Part shown: one piece after another, positions 15,551 to 28,600 of the stretch
How positions within the stretch are numbered: position 1 is the first letter of the stretch
Layout of the letters: each line of letters starts with the position of its first letter
From: Eledone cirrhosa
Lineage: Eukaryota
Direction: 5' to 3'
NCBI GenBank assembly: GCA_964016885.1
Contig: OZ024754.1
Span: 15,686,001 to 15,750,000, forward strand
DNA: 64,000 nucleotides
Program-made: the position numbers and the translations under genes
Notes under the pieces: generated by a model
Databases searched by the model: none
Seen by the model: the letters and a program-made list of their open reading frames with translations, nothing else
Told to the model about the DNA's origin: nothing

Positions 15551-16787
15551 TTTGTTTATCACAAAAAAGACACTCCTTAAATTATATTTCAAATCAAGCA
15601 GAAACCGCTGTGTGATGACGAATTATTAATTATTTTAGTGCAGTCTCAATGTACGCTGTGTTAGGGAAGTTAGACGAACCGGTATAACAATTGATTAATT
15701 TAACCTGGTTTATTATTTCTTTACAGCATTAAGTCTTAATAAAAGTTGTTTTCTAATTGTATCACACCTGTACAGAGCAATGTATGACATGAAATTGTTT
15801 GAAGTTATCTAAAGTTATTATTAAGTGTTTGAAGGGTGCAACTATGATTTCCAGGAATTATCGATTGTTTGACGTCGCTCATCTTTATTTCTGTCCGAGT
15901 CTCTGTTAAAAATAGCCTCATAAGCTACTATCTCTATGCCATCTTAAAATGACTTTGTATAGCGCTGTTTTGTTTAGCGGGGAATTTTTAGGAACGAATC
16001 TAGAGCGGTAGAGTTTGACATATGTGTGTGTGTGTGTGCGTGTGCGCGTGTGCGTGTGTGTGTGTGCATGTGTGCGCCCCTGTGTATGTATATATGTATA
16101 TATAATTTTGCGTAAAGGAAGATGCGCGCGTGCGCGCACACATACACACACACACAAACACACAAACACACAAACACACACAATACATTGTGAAGCAAGA
16201 TCCGGTCATTACCCAAGAATTACCGAATTGAAGACAGCGAGTTTGGCTTATATGCCTACCTCCCTACTTCTGATTACTGAATGCTGAAGTTGGCACATTG
16301 TAAAACGGAATTAAAGCTACATTCTCTTTAAATAACAACACGATCTTGTAAAAGAGTGAAAGCCGAACAGATGCAATACATTTACATATTACTATATAAA
16401 GTTCAATAGCTCGATAGTTCGATATTGTATTATATATTCTTCCCTGGGTCTTTGTCTGTTACTAAGTACTTCATTCGTATTCAAACCGTATTATAGGTAA
16501 TCTTCAATTCGTTCTAGAAGATCAATATTATCTGATTTTGGTCATCTCAGTAGCTGTTTGGTCGTATAAGTTATTTATAACAATACAAATAGAAAGTTTA
16601 TGAAGTGTGTGAGAGAGTCAAATTACAAAGTGTGTTTCTGCTATCCAGCAAAGAACGACCACGCGTGAATTATCACTATAAAATAATTGTGAAATAATCG
16701 GAGGTAAAACTCTTGAGGCGGAAAAAATAACCACTTCATTCCAACTCAACGGAGACCCTTAATTATTCTCGACTATATTTTAGTGAA

Positions 16788-17125
16788 GGCTTTTGGCTTA
16801 ATGGTTAGAGCGTTGGGCTTGCAATCCTGAGGTTGTGAGTTCGATTCTCAGACCGAGTGATACTTTGTGACCTTCAGCAAGACACTTTATTTTCACGTTG
16901 CTTCAGTTTACTCAACTATAGAAATGAGTTGTGACGTCACTGGTGCCAAGCTGTATCGGACATTGCCTTTTCCTTGGACATCATCTGTGGCGTGGAGAGG
17001 GGAGGCTGGTATGCTTGGGTGACTACTAGTCTTCCACAAACAACTTTGCCTGGACGTGTACCTCGGAGGAGAACTTTCTAGATACAAATCCCATGGTCAT
17101 TAGTGACCGGAGGTGGGGGAAGGGT
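16788..17125 (+). mobile_element. tRNA-derived SINE with CORE-like segment (family S2)
   Basis: A box TGGCTTAATGG, B box GAGTTCGATTC, then GTGACCTTCAGCAAGACACTT resembling the CORE/MIR motif. Confidence 0.8.
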
Positions 17126-17285
17126 CATTACTCATTATATATATAGTTATAATTATTGCCTCGTGGTTCTTTGTAATATTTAATGTTTTTGCGTCAACAA
17201 AAACCTTACTGTTGTTGTAGATATTTACCTATGTCGGCTTTGATTGAGTAGTCCTTTGATCACAAGTCTTCAAGCTGACTGACCT

Positions 17286-18035
17286 TTTTATGTTCTGAAT
17301 TCAAATCACATAGAGATCAACGTAGTCTTTCAACCTTTCGGGGTCGATAAAATTTGAGGAAAGGTCAAAGTTGACTAAATCAACCCCAGTAATTAACTGG
17401 TACTGTATTTTATCGACCCCGGAAGGATAAAAAGCAAAGTTGATCTCGATATGATTTGAACTCAGAACATAAAAAGCCGGAACAAATAGCACAATATCAT
17501 TTTATCCGACGCTCTACCAATTCCGCCAATCCACCACTCTATTCATGTTTACATTAAATCAAACGGCGGGGAATAGGCAGTATCGGTAGAATGTCGGATA
17601 TCCAGCTTTGTGACATTTAGTTACGTCCCTTTACGTTCTGAATTCAAATCCCGCCAAGGTTAGCTTTGCCTTTCATCCTTACGGGGTCGATAAAATAAAG
17701 TACCAGTAACGCACTGGGGTCGATTTAATCGATTTCCCCCTACCCCCAAAATTGTTGGCCTTATGTCTGAATCAGAAATCATTTTTATTAAATCCTTCCT
17801 TAAGGTGGTGGATTGGTAGAATCGTTAGTGCGTTGGATAAAATACTTTGCTGTATTTAGTTAACGCCCCTCTACGTACTGAGTTCAAATTCTGCCTAAGT
17901 CCACTTTGTCTTTCATCCTTCTGGGGGGGGGGGGGATAAAATAAAGTACCACTTATGTATTAGAGTTCATGTAATAGACTTTTCTCTCCTCTCCCTTCCC
18001 CTTAAATTGTTGACTTTGTGCCTAAACTAGAACTT
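17286..18035. mobile_element. Cluster of ~4 S1 SINE copies/fragments in both orientations
   Basis: Repeated gttcaaat...cctttcatcctt...ggggtcgataaa. Copies at ~17286-17352 (+), 17365-17536 (-), 17565-17785 (+) and 17803-18035 (+). Confidence 0.88.
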
Positions 18036-19188
18036 CATAATTTCATTTACAACATTTCGTTTCGTAATCTTCTAAAAATCAGCTTGCTAATTAAAAAGTG
18101 TGTTATCTTATTAAATTCGTTCGAAATATTTGAACCGGTGATCAAATTATACATAGCAGGAGGAAGAGGGTTAAATGGAGAGAAAGAGGTAAAATGTGAT
18201 TACAGTCGGTACATAATACATAGAAAGATAAAGATTTGAAAAGAGCACAGTGATTACTGTAACAAAGTTTTGATTAGAATGCACAAATGTTATTGTGCCG
18301 TTATGTAAGTAAGGATGTGTGAATGTTTGTAAATAAATATCTAAACATACAGCACAACCTCACTCGAGTTCAGAATCCGTTGAGTGAAACGCTCGTCCTC
18401 GAGTATGGTTTGCTAATTTGTTGTGGAACTAACTTTATATATTACATATGTGTATGCAGCTATGCCTGAAGTTAAATTCTAATTCTATTCTATTATAAGT
18501 TGAGCCAACTTATGCAGCTTCATATGCAAATGAGATTAATCACCTCATTTTCACAGACAAGAAAACTATATATTCTCGCCTGTTTTCAAGTCCAGTAGTT
18601 GCGAGAGTGGGTAAGATCGTCCTGGTGAGAACCAGTTCAGTTCGAAATGCACATAGACGATTGTCCCCCTTGCTTTTGCTGGACACCGCCAGACGGCGTT
18701 AGCAGCTGGTGTTTTGGTATAGCTACGGCTCTCTAAAAGCTTATTGTAAACATAACCGTATTTCTTTAGAAATACGAAATTCCAATACATATCTGAATAC
18801 TTCTATGCCTGAAGCTAAATTCTAATTCTACACACGCACACCCTTATATTAACATCTTTTGCTCATAGCTTCGTACTTACAAGCACACACACACTCTTTT
18901 ACTTACATATACACACACATATCCTCATCGTACGGATGTATAATAACACACGCGCGCATATGCACGCACACAAGTATAGCTCTTTACAGAAAACGGTTTT
19001 TGTTTTCTATTTCAGGTAGAGGCGTTCCATCATCCACTTTTCTAAAAAAAATATATAATACACAAAACGTCAGCATCAACAGTTTTCCAAGAGATGGCAA
19101 CATGAGTGGACCTGTTATTTTTATCTGAAGATATTTTTTCCAATTCCTCCCCGCCCGTCCCTTCAATCTATCTTATTTCTCTATTATT

Positions 19189-19224
19189 TCTTCTGGTGAA
19201 GGACTAGCGTCCGAAACGTTAAGA
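19189..19224 (+). ncRNA. Degenerate minimal hammerhead (core A6->G)
   Basis: TCTT-CTGGTGA-a-GGACtagcGTCC-GAAA-CG-TT-AAGA with palindromic AACGTT; ~90 bp upstream of a (TA)n tract. Confidence 0.6.
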
Positions 19225-19308
19225 CCCTCTTCCTGCTATTTCAAGCGTTAACCTAATATATTCCTTCTATATACTGTACCGATTGTGTTGTTATTTCTGT
19301 TTACCTTT

Positions 19309-19457
<149 letters not shown>

Positions 19458-19503
19458 GTAAAAGAAATCAAAGAACGCCTACATACTCATACAATTTTTA
19501 TTT

Positions 19504-19548
19504 GCTGACAATGTTTCATCCATACCATTGAGCAGGAATCATCAGAGC
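19504..19548 (-). ncRNA. Minimal hammerhead ribozyme
   Basis: GCT-CTGATGA-tTCCtgctcaatggtatGGAt-GAAA-CATTG-TC-AGC, followed by AATAAA and ~50 bp to (TA)n. Helix I is only 3 bp. Confidence 0.68.
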
Positions 19549-19922
19549 TTTATAAACAAAAGTACAGTGTTGAGTATAATTTCTCCCGAGCTTAGTCACA
19601 TGAACATTAGAAATACAATAGAGGGCAACAAGAGGGAGATCGTGAATGGGGAGTATGGAGAGAGTGCATAGTGGGGTTGTTATTCAGCACTACAGCTAAA
19701 TGCAATGGTACAGGCAGATATTTTCACAAGATGCAGAAGCACGCGATGGCACATAAATGCAAAAAGTATAAACAATAGTTAAAACATATAATAAAAAGTA
19801 AAAGGAAAATAATAATATAGAGAGATAAAAAAATTAAAAATTAAAAAAGAAAAAAGAAAAGAATTTAAAGCACACAAAAAACAGAAGAAGCTATGCGTTA
19901 GTCACTATATATAACAAGTGAT

Positions 19923-20261
19923 CCTTCGGAAGAAGGATAAGAATGGAGAGAGAGGTGCTTGGTCACAGGCAGTTTTATGAAAGGTGGGTGATAGTGGCGA
20001 GAATGGCTCGTGTAAATGGGCCTTCTCTGTATACCATCCTGTGAGTAAAGAAGTGAAGGAGAGGGGAGCACCTTCTCCATGTGCTCCCCGTGCAAAGGAT
20101 TGCACACTTTTTCGGGGGTATGTGCAACCCCCATCACGTCCCCTCCCTTTTCAGGTTGTTTTCGATTATTTTCATTTTATACCCTTTTTACTCGGTTTTA
20201 TGTAAACTCCCCCTTTGTATTTGTCCCTTCTTTTTATGCCTTTGTGGTAAATAAAGAAATA
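19923..20261 (+). mobile_element. 5'-truncated Tx1 copy 3 with 17-bp TSD
   Basis: Encodes ...ERWVIVARMARVNGPSLYTIL*, matching the copy 2 C-terminus ERWVNEAKMARVIGPSLFISL*. Same 3' end (ttgtggyaaataaagaaata). TSD TATATATAACAAGTGAT at 19906-19922 and 20262-20278. Confidence 0.9.
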
Positions 20262-21033
20262 TATATATAACAAGTGATTTAGTTCTCCATAACTTTGAGT
20301 TATAGAAATACTAAAAGGGTCCCAAGGTATCTTCAGAAATCCCAAATGGGATTTTATTCCTCCCTATAGTATACATAATCAAGGTATACTAGTAGGTTAC
20401 GGAATTACGTGGACCAGGGGTGCTAAACCTGTATATATACATGCACCACATCAATACAAGCCAAACACAAGCAAAGCGGGGTTATTGCATGATCAGGCTC
20501 AAGCAAAAATACATAACGAAAATGGTTTAGTTCCTGAAAAAACACACACATCGGGTGAGGAGTCACTACATATGTGTATCTACCGTAGAGGTTAGTCCAA
20601 TCGGTTTCATATGCCTCGATAGTCGAGGAGTTATAAAGATAGTGGATTGTCCGTAGATAGTAATTCAGTCCAGAGTTTACAACATATGTAGATCATCTGT
20701 AAAGTGCAATCCAGTCGGATATATACGCTCACCAAAACATGTCATCACATATAGTAACATGCAATACAGGGTGAATATACACATCAAAAAAATCCAAACA
20801 TGTTCAAAATCCCAGATCGTGAAGTACAATGTGTTCAAGTTGCAGCTCCAGATTCTGTACAACCAAATTCATCACACCTAATCCAGCCGCGAACACATCA
20901 AAACAATGTCAGGTTAAGTGTAGTAGTAATTTACCGTTGACCAAACGCATACAGCACGTGGATTAACAATCTATACAAAATATACAAAATAGAAAATAAC
21001 ACAAAGTGCTCAAATCAGTAAATCCACAGTATG

Positions 21034-21102
<69 letters not shown>

Positions 21103-21490
21103 TTCCACTCACTCACTCACTGTTTCTCCTCTTCTCACTTCACCCCGTTCGCGACGAAATCATTTTCTCTCTTCTCACATTTGAATTCGCTCCTGAAAGG
21201 TCTTTTTTCTAAGCGCTCATATATTCACCTAGCTTATGCTAACAGAATAACTATGAAGCTTGTTCCCTTCCTTCTACGGTTAGCTATCCTCTTTGTTGTT
21301 ATCTTGTTTCACTCGCTTTACGCGTTTTAATTGTGCTAATAACTTAATTTAGTTATTATTGCACCGACGTGAGGTATATGATTTTTAATGCAATGAAATA
21401 TCTATGATCGTCGGCAAATCACTGATGAGGGACTTATTTTATTACATGTTATCCATGTGCAACCAGCAGTATTCTTCTCCCCATTTTTTC

Positions 21491-21564
<74 letters not shown>

Positions 21565-21570
<6 letters not shown>

Positions 21571-21987
21571 ATACTTGGAGAGGGTCATATTTGTGTAATA
21601 TTGCCAGAATTAATAACAGAACACACTCACTGTTTGGTTGGTTTTCGCTTCTCGCTTCTGTGTCTTTTATATCGGTAATCTAACTTACTCGGTCCTCAAT
21701 GTTGCCATTGACTGACCGACGGTCAAAAATAATACAGATACAATATAGACACAAACACATATATATAGTTTATCATAAATCTTTCGTTGCACATCTGCAA
21801 CATCGTCAGTGGTGTTATATCTTCCTCCTGTTGTATTGTATGTCTACGCCATTTTTATTCAGTCTGTCTATATATTTATTTATTTATTTGCTTGTTTGTT
21901 TATTTTATTTTGTCTTCTTTGCGCATGCGTTTGCGTGTGTGTCACACGATTTCATATAAAAAACCTCGCAAAACTAATTCATCGCCG

Positions 21988-22023
<36 letters not shown>

Positions 22024-22162
22024 AAAGGATTGTAAATAAAACGAGTAAATTAGATTACCGATATAAAAGACACAGAAGCGAAAAGCGAAAACCAACCAAA
22101 CAGTGAGTGTGTTCTGTTATTAATTCTGGCAATATTACACAAATATGACCCTCCCCAAGTAT

Positions 22163-22168
<6 letters not shown>
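21565..22168 (-). mobile_element. Foldback PLE-like element, family C
   Basis: 21565-21690 is inverted relative to ~22040-22168. Terminus TGACCCTCYCCAAGTATAACAAT is shared with the GIY-YIG PLE pLTRs. Contains a hammerhead; bounded by (TA)n. Confidence 0.75.
21772..21813 (-). ncRNA. Minimal hammerhead ribozyme (family C)
   Basis: ACCA-CTGACGA-t-GTTGCAgatgTGCAAC-GAAA-GATT-TA-TGAT: perfect 6-bp helix II, one helix I mismatch. Confidence 0.75.
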
Positions 22169-22196
<28 letters not shown>

Positions 22197-22199
<3 letters not shown>

Positions 22200-22500
22200 T
22201 AAAAGAAATTCCAACTTTGTCTGATTTACTCGTTTTATTTACAATCCTTTAAAATGTATAATGGTATTAGAATGAAATAGTATGGTAGAATATTAAATGT
22301 TAAGTGTTAATTAAACAAGTACTTTCATGATTTCGCAATCTTCAGGTTCATATTCTGTGGTCACAGTCAAGTTTGCAATTTTCAACTTGTTCAATTAACA
22401 TTTAATATTCTACCGTACTATTTCATTCTAATACAATTATAATTTTAAAGGATTGTAAATAAAACGAGTAAAGCAGACAAAGTTGGAATTCCTTTTATTA
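22197..22500. mobile_element. Foldback element, family D, with hammerhead at 22312-22350 (-)
   Basis: ~125-bp inverted arms. Minus strand TGAAC-CTGAAGA-tTGcgaaatCAt-GAAA-GTAC-TT-GTTTA; the opposite arm has GTTCA, which would give a perfect helix I. Confidence 0.72.
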
Positions 22501-22537
22501 ATATAATCTTCTATACACAATCATACACACCCGTGTA

Positions 22538-22675
<138 letters not shown>

Positions 22676-22696
22676 CATTTCTTTTCCATATATCAC

Positions 22697-22952
<256 letters not shown>

Positions 22953-23097
22953 TATACATATATATATATATATGTAAGAGGTGAGTTTTATTGTAGAACA
23001 ATAAAGCAATGCAGATATGAGATAAGTAGCACTCAATAGTTTATTGGACCGGAATATATATAAGAAGAAATTAAAAGATGGTTAAAAAAGTTCCATG

Positions 23098-23168
23098 TAT
23101 TTTATTATGCGCATTTCAAAAACAAATATCATTCTGGGATGATATTTGCGTTCTCATCAGATAAAATA
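23098..23168 (-). ncRNA. Hammerhead ribozyme (family E)
   Basis: TATTTTAT-CTGATGA-[36-nt helix II with CAAATATCAT/ATGATATTTG]-GAAA-TGCGCA-TA-ATAAAATA. Confidence 0.88.
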
Positions 23169-23226
23169 TGTTGATTAGACACTACCTTGTTAACAAGTGT
23201 TTTCTAAGCATCATATCATGCCTCCC

Positions 23227-23297
23227 TATTTTATCTGATGAGAACGCAAATATCATCCCAGGATGATATTTGTTTTTGAAATGCGCATAATAAAATA
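23227..23297 (+). ncRNA. Hammerhead ribozyme (family E)
   Basis: 8-bp helix I TATTTTAT/ATAAAATA, intact core, palindromic TGCGCA helix III. Confidence 0.88.
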
Positions 23298-23739
23298 CAT
23301 GGAACTTTTTTAACCATCTTTTAATTTCTTCTTATATATACTCCAGTCCAATAAACTGTTGAGTGCTACTTATCTGATATCTGCATTGCTTTATTGTTCT
23401 ACAATAAAACTCACCTCTTACATATATATATATATATATGTATATATATACACACATACTTAACATACTTACATACATACATGTATACATACACACACAT
23501 AGCTACATGTGTGTGTGTGTTCGTGTGTGTGTTCGTGTGTGTGTAAATATGTATGTATGCCTACATATGTATGTGTCTCTAGGTAAAATAAAATAGAAAG
23601 CTGTTTCATTAGATTTAACACACAGGTGGAAGATTATCACCTAATCAATGCTTCTTGTACGATCTGCACTGAAATAAATGTGTATTTGAGTGCAACTGTA
23701 TTTGTGTGTATGTGCACCAGTGCATAGATACATGTACAG

Positions 23740-23789
<50 letters not shown>

Positions 23790-24355
23790 GATATATATAC
23801 ATATATATGTATGTATGTGTATATATATATATGTGTGTGTGTGTGTGGATATATATATACATATATATGTATGTATGTATGTGTATATATATATATGTGT
23901 GTGTGTGTGTGGATATATATACATATATATGTATGTATGTATGTGTATATATATATATGTGTGTGTGTGTGGATATATATACATATATATGTATGTATGT
24001 ATGTATGTGGATATATATATATATATGTGTGTGTGAGTATGTGTGTGAGCTGTATGTTGGTATACGTGTATATCCTAAGGTGTAATCAGTCAGAAATATA
24101 TGAAGGATTCTTTAAGGTTATATGTGAATGTATGTATGGATGTATAGATGCATGTATGTGTGGATGTATGTGGGCGTGTATGTGTGCGTGTATGTGTATA
24201 TGTATTCATGCATGTATTCATGTAGGCACATATATATATATATGTGAGTGAGTGTGTGTGCGTGTGTATGTGTATGTGCGTATATCTATATATATATAGA
24301 GAGAGAGGGGGATAAGAAGAAGAGAGAGAGTGTGTGTGAGAGAGAGAGTGAGAGA

Positions 24356-24412
<57 letters not shown>

Positions 24413-24609
24413 CCAATTACAAGCCTTTGATTGAACTGTAAAAATATTTAATAGATTCCCGAAGTTAAGTCAGTATCATGTAGACACTCTCATATAGACA
24501 TAGAAATATATCTACATGTTCACACGCGTAAGTCATGCATGTATGCAAACATGTACAGAGATGCATTCGTGTAGATACTTACATACAAACATATCTCTAC
24601 GTACGTAGG

Positions 24610-25066
24610 TTCTCCGTCAGCTTCAACGACGAGTGCTCCAGTTTTTCAACTAATGGAACAGCCCACTTTTGAATTAATGTGCAATGGGGAACAAGGTTGG
24701 CTGCCCTTTCGAGTTACAGATACAACACATTTATTTATTATTTTTTCGAGGGGGGTGGGCAGTTGAGTGAACTGAAGCAACGTAAAATACAGTTTCTTGC
24801 TTCAAGGTCAAAACGCGGTGTCCAGTCTGAGAATCGAACGGACGACCTTCTTATGATCGTGAGCCAAATACCCTAACCACTAAGCTATGCACAAGGTCAA
24901 AACGCGGTGTCCAGTCTGAGAATCGAACGGACGACCTTCTTATGATCGTGAGCCAAATACCCTAACCACTAAGCTATGCACAAGGTCAAAACGCGGTGTC
25001 CAGTCTGAGAATCGAACACACGCCCTTATTATGACCGTGAGCCGAACACTCTGACCACTAAGCTAC
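24610..25066 (-). mobile_element. tRNA-derived SINE with triplicated 89-bp head
   Basis: Unit caaggtcaaaacg...taagctatgca starts at 24803, 24892 and 24981. On the minus strand each unit has A box TAGCTTAGTGG and B box GTTCGATTC. Confidence 0.8.
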
Positions 25067-25600
25067 ACACACACCTTCATACCTACGTATATGTACTCAT
25101 ACATAAACCAAATTCAAATCGCACAGATTCACACACACACGCAACAACACGACAATATTGCACGTATGCATTTATACATGTTCAAACATTGCATGTGACG
25201 TGTACAGAGTGTGTGTATACATAATTAATTATATCATTTGCAATACTGCTGTCAATAGCCATCATGACTGCTTTACGAGTTATTCAACCAAACACTTTCT
25301 AGTCATCACGTGTAAGATGTCCGTCAAATACAAAATCATGAAAGATTACTTGCAAAATAGGTTGGGGTTTTTTTTTGGTGGTGGGGGGGGGGGGGGTTGT
25401 AATATTCTGTACGTTTTCTTTTTTTTTTTAAGCATTACCAGTTTTTAGAAATTCCTAATGACATCTCACGGGGAGCTGGGGTGGAGTGATCTAGAGCTGC
25501 TTCTCATTGCCAGCAATAGCTTCATACAAGTGCAAATCAATCTATAAATTAATGAGTGTCTGTTGCTCTTATTGTTGTTCTTCTTTAATGAGACATCATC

Positions 25601-28600
25601 AATTTATCGTGAGCTGTATATAGTAATGATGTGATATTTAGTTAAAGAAGCCATCTATTTATCGGGTGCTGTATATAGTAATGGTGTGATATTTAGTTAA
25701 AGAAGACATCTATTTATCATGAGCTGTATATAGTAATGATGTGATATTTAGTTAAATAAGACATCTATTTATCATGAGCTGTATATAGTAATGATGTGAT
25801 ATTTAGTTAAAGAAGACATCTATTTATCGTGAGCTGTATATAGTAATGATGTGATATTTAGTTAAATAAGACATCTATTTATCGTGAGCTGTATATAGTA
25901 ATGGTGTGATATTTAGTTAAAGAAGACATCTATTTATCGTGAGCTGTATATAGTAATGGTGTGATATTTAGTTAAAGAAGACATCTATTTATCGGGTGCT
26001 GTATATAGTAATGGTGTGATATTTAGTTAAAGAAGACATCTATTTATCGGGTGCTGTATATAGTAATGGTGTGATATTTAGTTAAATAAGACATCTATTT
26101 ATCGGGTGCTGTATATAGTAATGGTGTGATATTTAGTTAAAGAAGACATCTATTTATCGGGTGCTGTATATAGTAATGGTGTGATATTTAGTTAAAGAAG
26201 ACATCTATTTATCGGGAGCTGTATATAGTAATGGTGTGATATTTAGTTAAAGAAGTCATCTATTTATCGTGAGCTGTATATAGTAATGGTGTGATATTTA
26301 GTTAAAGAAGTCATCTATTTATCGGGAGCTGTATATAGTAATGGTGTGATATTTAGTTAAAGAAGACATCTATTTATCATGAGCTGTATATAGTAATGGT
26401 GTGATATTTAGTTAAAGAAGTCATCTATTTATCGGGAGCTGTATATAGTAATGGTGTGATATTTAGTTAAAGAAGACATCTATTTATCATGAGCTGTATA
26501 TAGTAATGGTGTGATATTTAGTTAATGAAGTCATCTATTTATCGGGAGCTGTATATAGTAATGGTGTGATATTTAGTTAAAGAAGACATCTATTTATCGT
26601 GAGCTGTATATAGTAATGGTGTGATATTTAGTTAAAGAAGACATCTATTTATCGTGAGCTGTATATAGTAATGGTGTGATATTTAGTTAAAGAAGACATC
26701 TATTTATCGTGAGCTGTATATAGTAATGGTGTGATATTTAGTTAAAGAAGACATCTATTTATCGTGAGCTGTATATAGTAATGGTGTGATATTTAGTTAA
26801 AGAAGACATCTATTTATCGGGAGCTGTATATAGTAATGGTGTGATATTTAGTTAAAGAAGACATCTATTTATGGTGAGCTGTATATAGTAATGGTGTGAT
26901 ATTTAGTTAAAGAAGTCATCTATTTATCGTGAGCTGTATATAGTAATGGTGTGATATTTAGTTAAAGAAGACATCTATTTATTGTGAGCTGTATATAGTA
27001 ATGGTGTGATATTTAGTTAAAGAAGACATCTATTTATGGTGAGCTGTATATAGTAATGATGTGATATTTAGTTAAAGAAGACATCTATTAATCGTGAGCT
27101 GTATATAGTAATGGTGTGATATTTAGTTAAAGAAGACATCTATTTATCGGGTGCTGTATATAGTAATGGTGTGATATTTAGTTAAAGAAGACATCTATTT
27201 ATCGGGTGCTGTATATAGTAATGGTGTGATATTTAGTTAAAGAAGACATCTATTAATCGTGAGCTGTATATAGTAATGGTGTGATATTTAGTTAAAGAAG
27301 ACATCTATTTATCGTGAGCTGTATATAGTAATGGTGTGATATTTAGTTAAAGAAGACATCTATTTATCGCGAGCTGTATATAGTAATGGTGTGATATTTA
27401 GTTAAAGAAGACATCTATTTATCGTGAGCTGTATATAGTAATGGTGTGATATTTAGTTAAAGAAGACATCTATTAATCGTGAGCTGTATATAGTAATGGT
27501 GTGATATTTAGTTAAAGAAGACATCTATTTATCGTGAGCTGTATATAGTAATGGTGTGATATTTAGTTAAATAAGACATCTATTTATCGGGTGCTGTATA
27601 TAGTAATGGTGTGATATTTAGTTAAAGAAGACATCTATTTATCGGGTGCTGTATATAGTAATGGTGTGATATTTAGTTAAAGAAGACAACTATTTATCGG
27701 GTGCTGTATATAGTAATGGTGTGATATTTAGTTAAAGAAGACATCTATTTATCGTGAGCTGTATATAGTAATGGTGTGATATTTAGTTAAAGAAGCCATC
27801 TATTTATCGTGAGCTGTATATAGTAATGGTGTGATATTTAGTTAAAGAAGACATCTATTTATCGTGAGCTGTATATAGTAATGGTGTGATATTTAGTTAA
27901 AGAAGACATCTATTTATCGGGAGCTGTATATAGTAATGGTGTGATATTTAGTTAAAGAAGACATCTATTTATCGTGAGCTGTATATAGTAATGATGTGAT
28001 ATTTAGTTAAATAAGACATCTATTTATCGTGAGCTGTATATAGTAATGATGTGATATTTAGTTAAATAAGACATCTATTTATCGTGAGCTGTATATAGTA
28101 ATGGTGTGATATTTAGTTAAAGAAGACATCTATTTATCGGGTGCTGTATATAGTAATGGTGTGATATTTAGTTAAAGAAGACATCTATTTATCGTGAGCT
28201 GTATATAGTAATGATGTGATATTTAGTTAAAGAAGCCATCTATTTATCGTGAGCTGTATATAGTAATGGTGTGATATTTAGTTAAAGAAGACATCTATTT
28301 ATCGTGAGCTGTATATAGTAATGGTGTGATATTTAGTTAAAGAAGCCATCTATTTATCGTGAGCTGTATATAGTAATGGTGTGATATTTAGTTAAAGAAG
28401 ACATCTATTTATCGTGAGCTGTATATAGTAATGGTGTGATATTTAGTTAAAGAAGACATCTATTTATCGGGAGCTGTATATAGTAATGGTGTGATATTTA
28501 GTTAAAGAAGACATCTATTTATCGTGAGCTGTATATAGTAATGATGTGATATTTAGTTAAATAAGACATCTATTTATCGTGAGCTGTATATAGTAATGGT

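Larger units (their letters stand above)
22974..23421. mobile_element. Foldback element, family E (~195-bp inverted arms)
   Basis: 22974-23168 is the reverse complement of 23227-23421; (TA)n on both sides; a hammerhead in each arm. Confidence 0.85.

Noticed and set aside
16788-16860. tRNA gene
   Set aside because: A/B boxes are present but there is no closed acceptor stem; it continues into a SINE body.
21422-21470. CTGATGA motif (also 37289)
   Set aside because: No downstream GAAA..UH with pairing helices.
25441-25545. AG...GT-bounded segment on the minus strand
   Set aside because: Stops in all three frames; no evidence of transcription.
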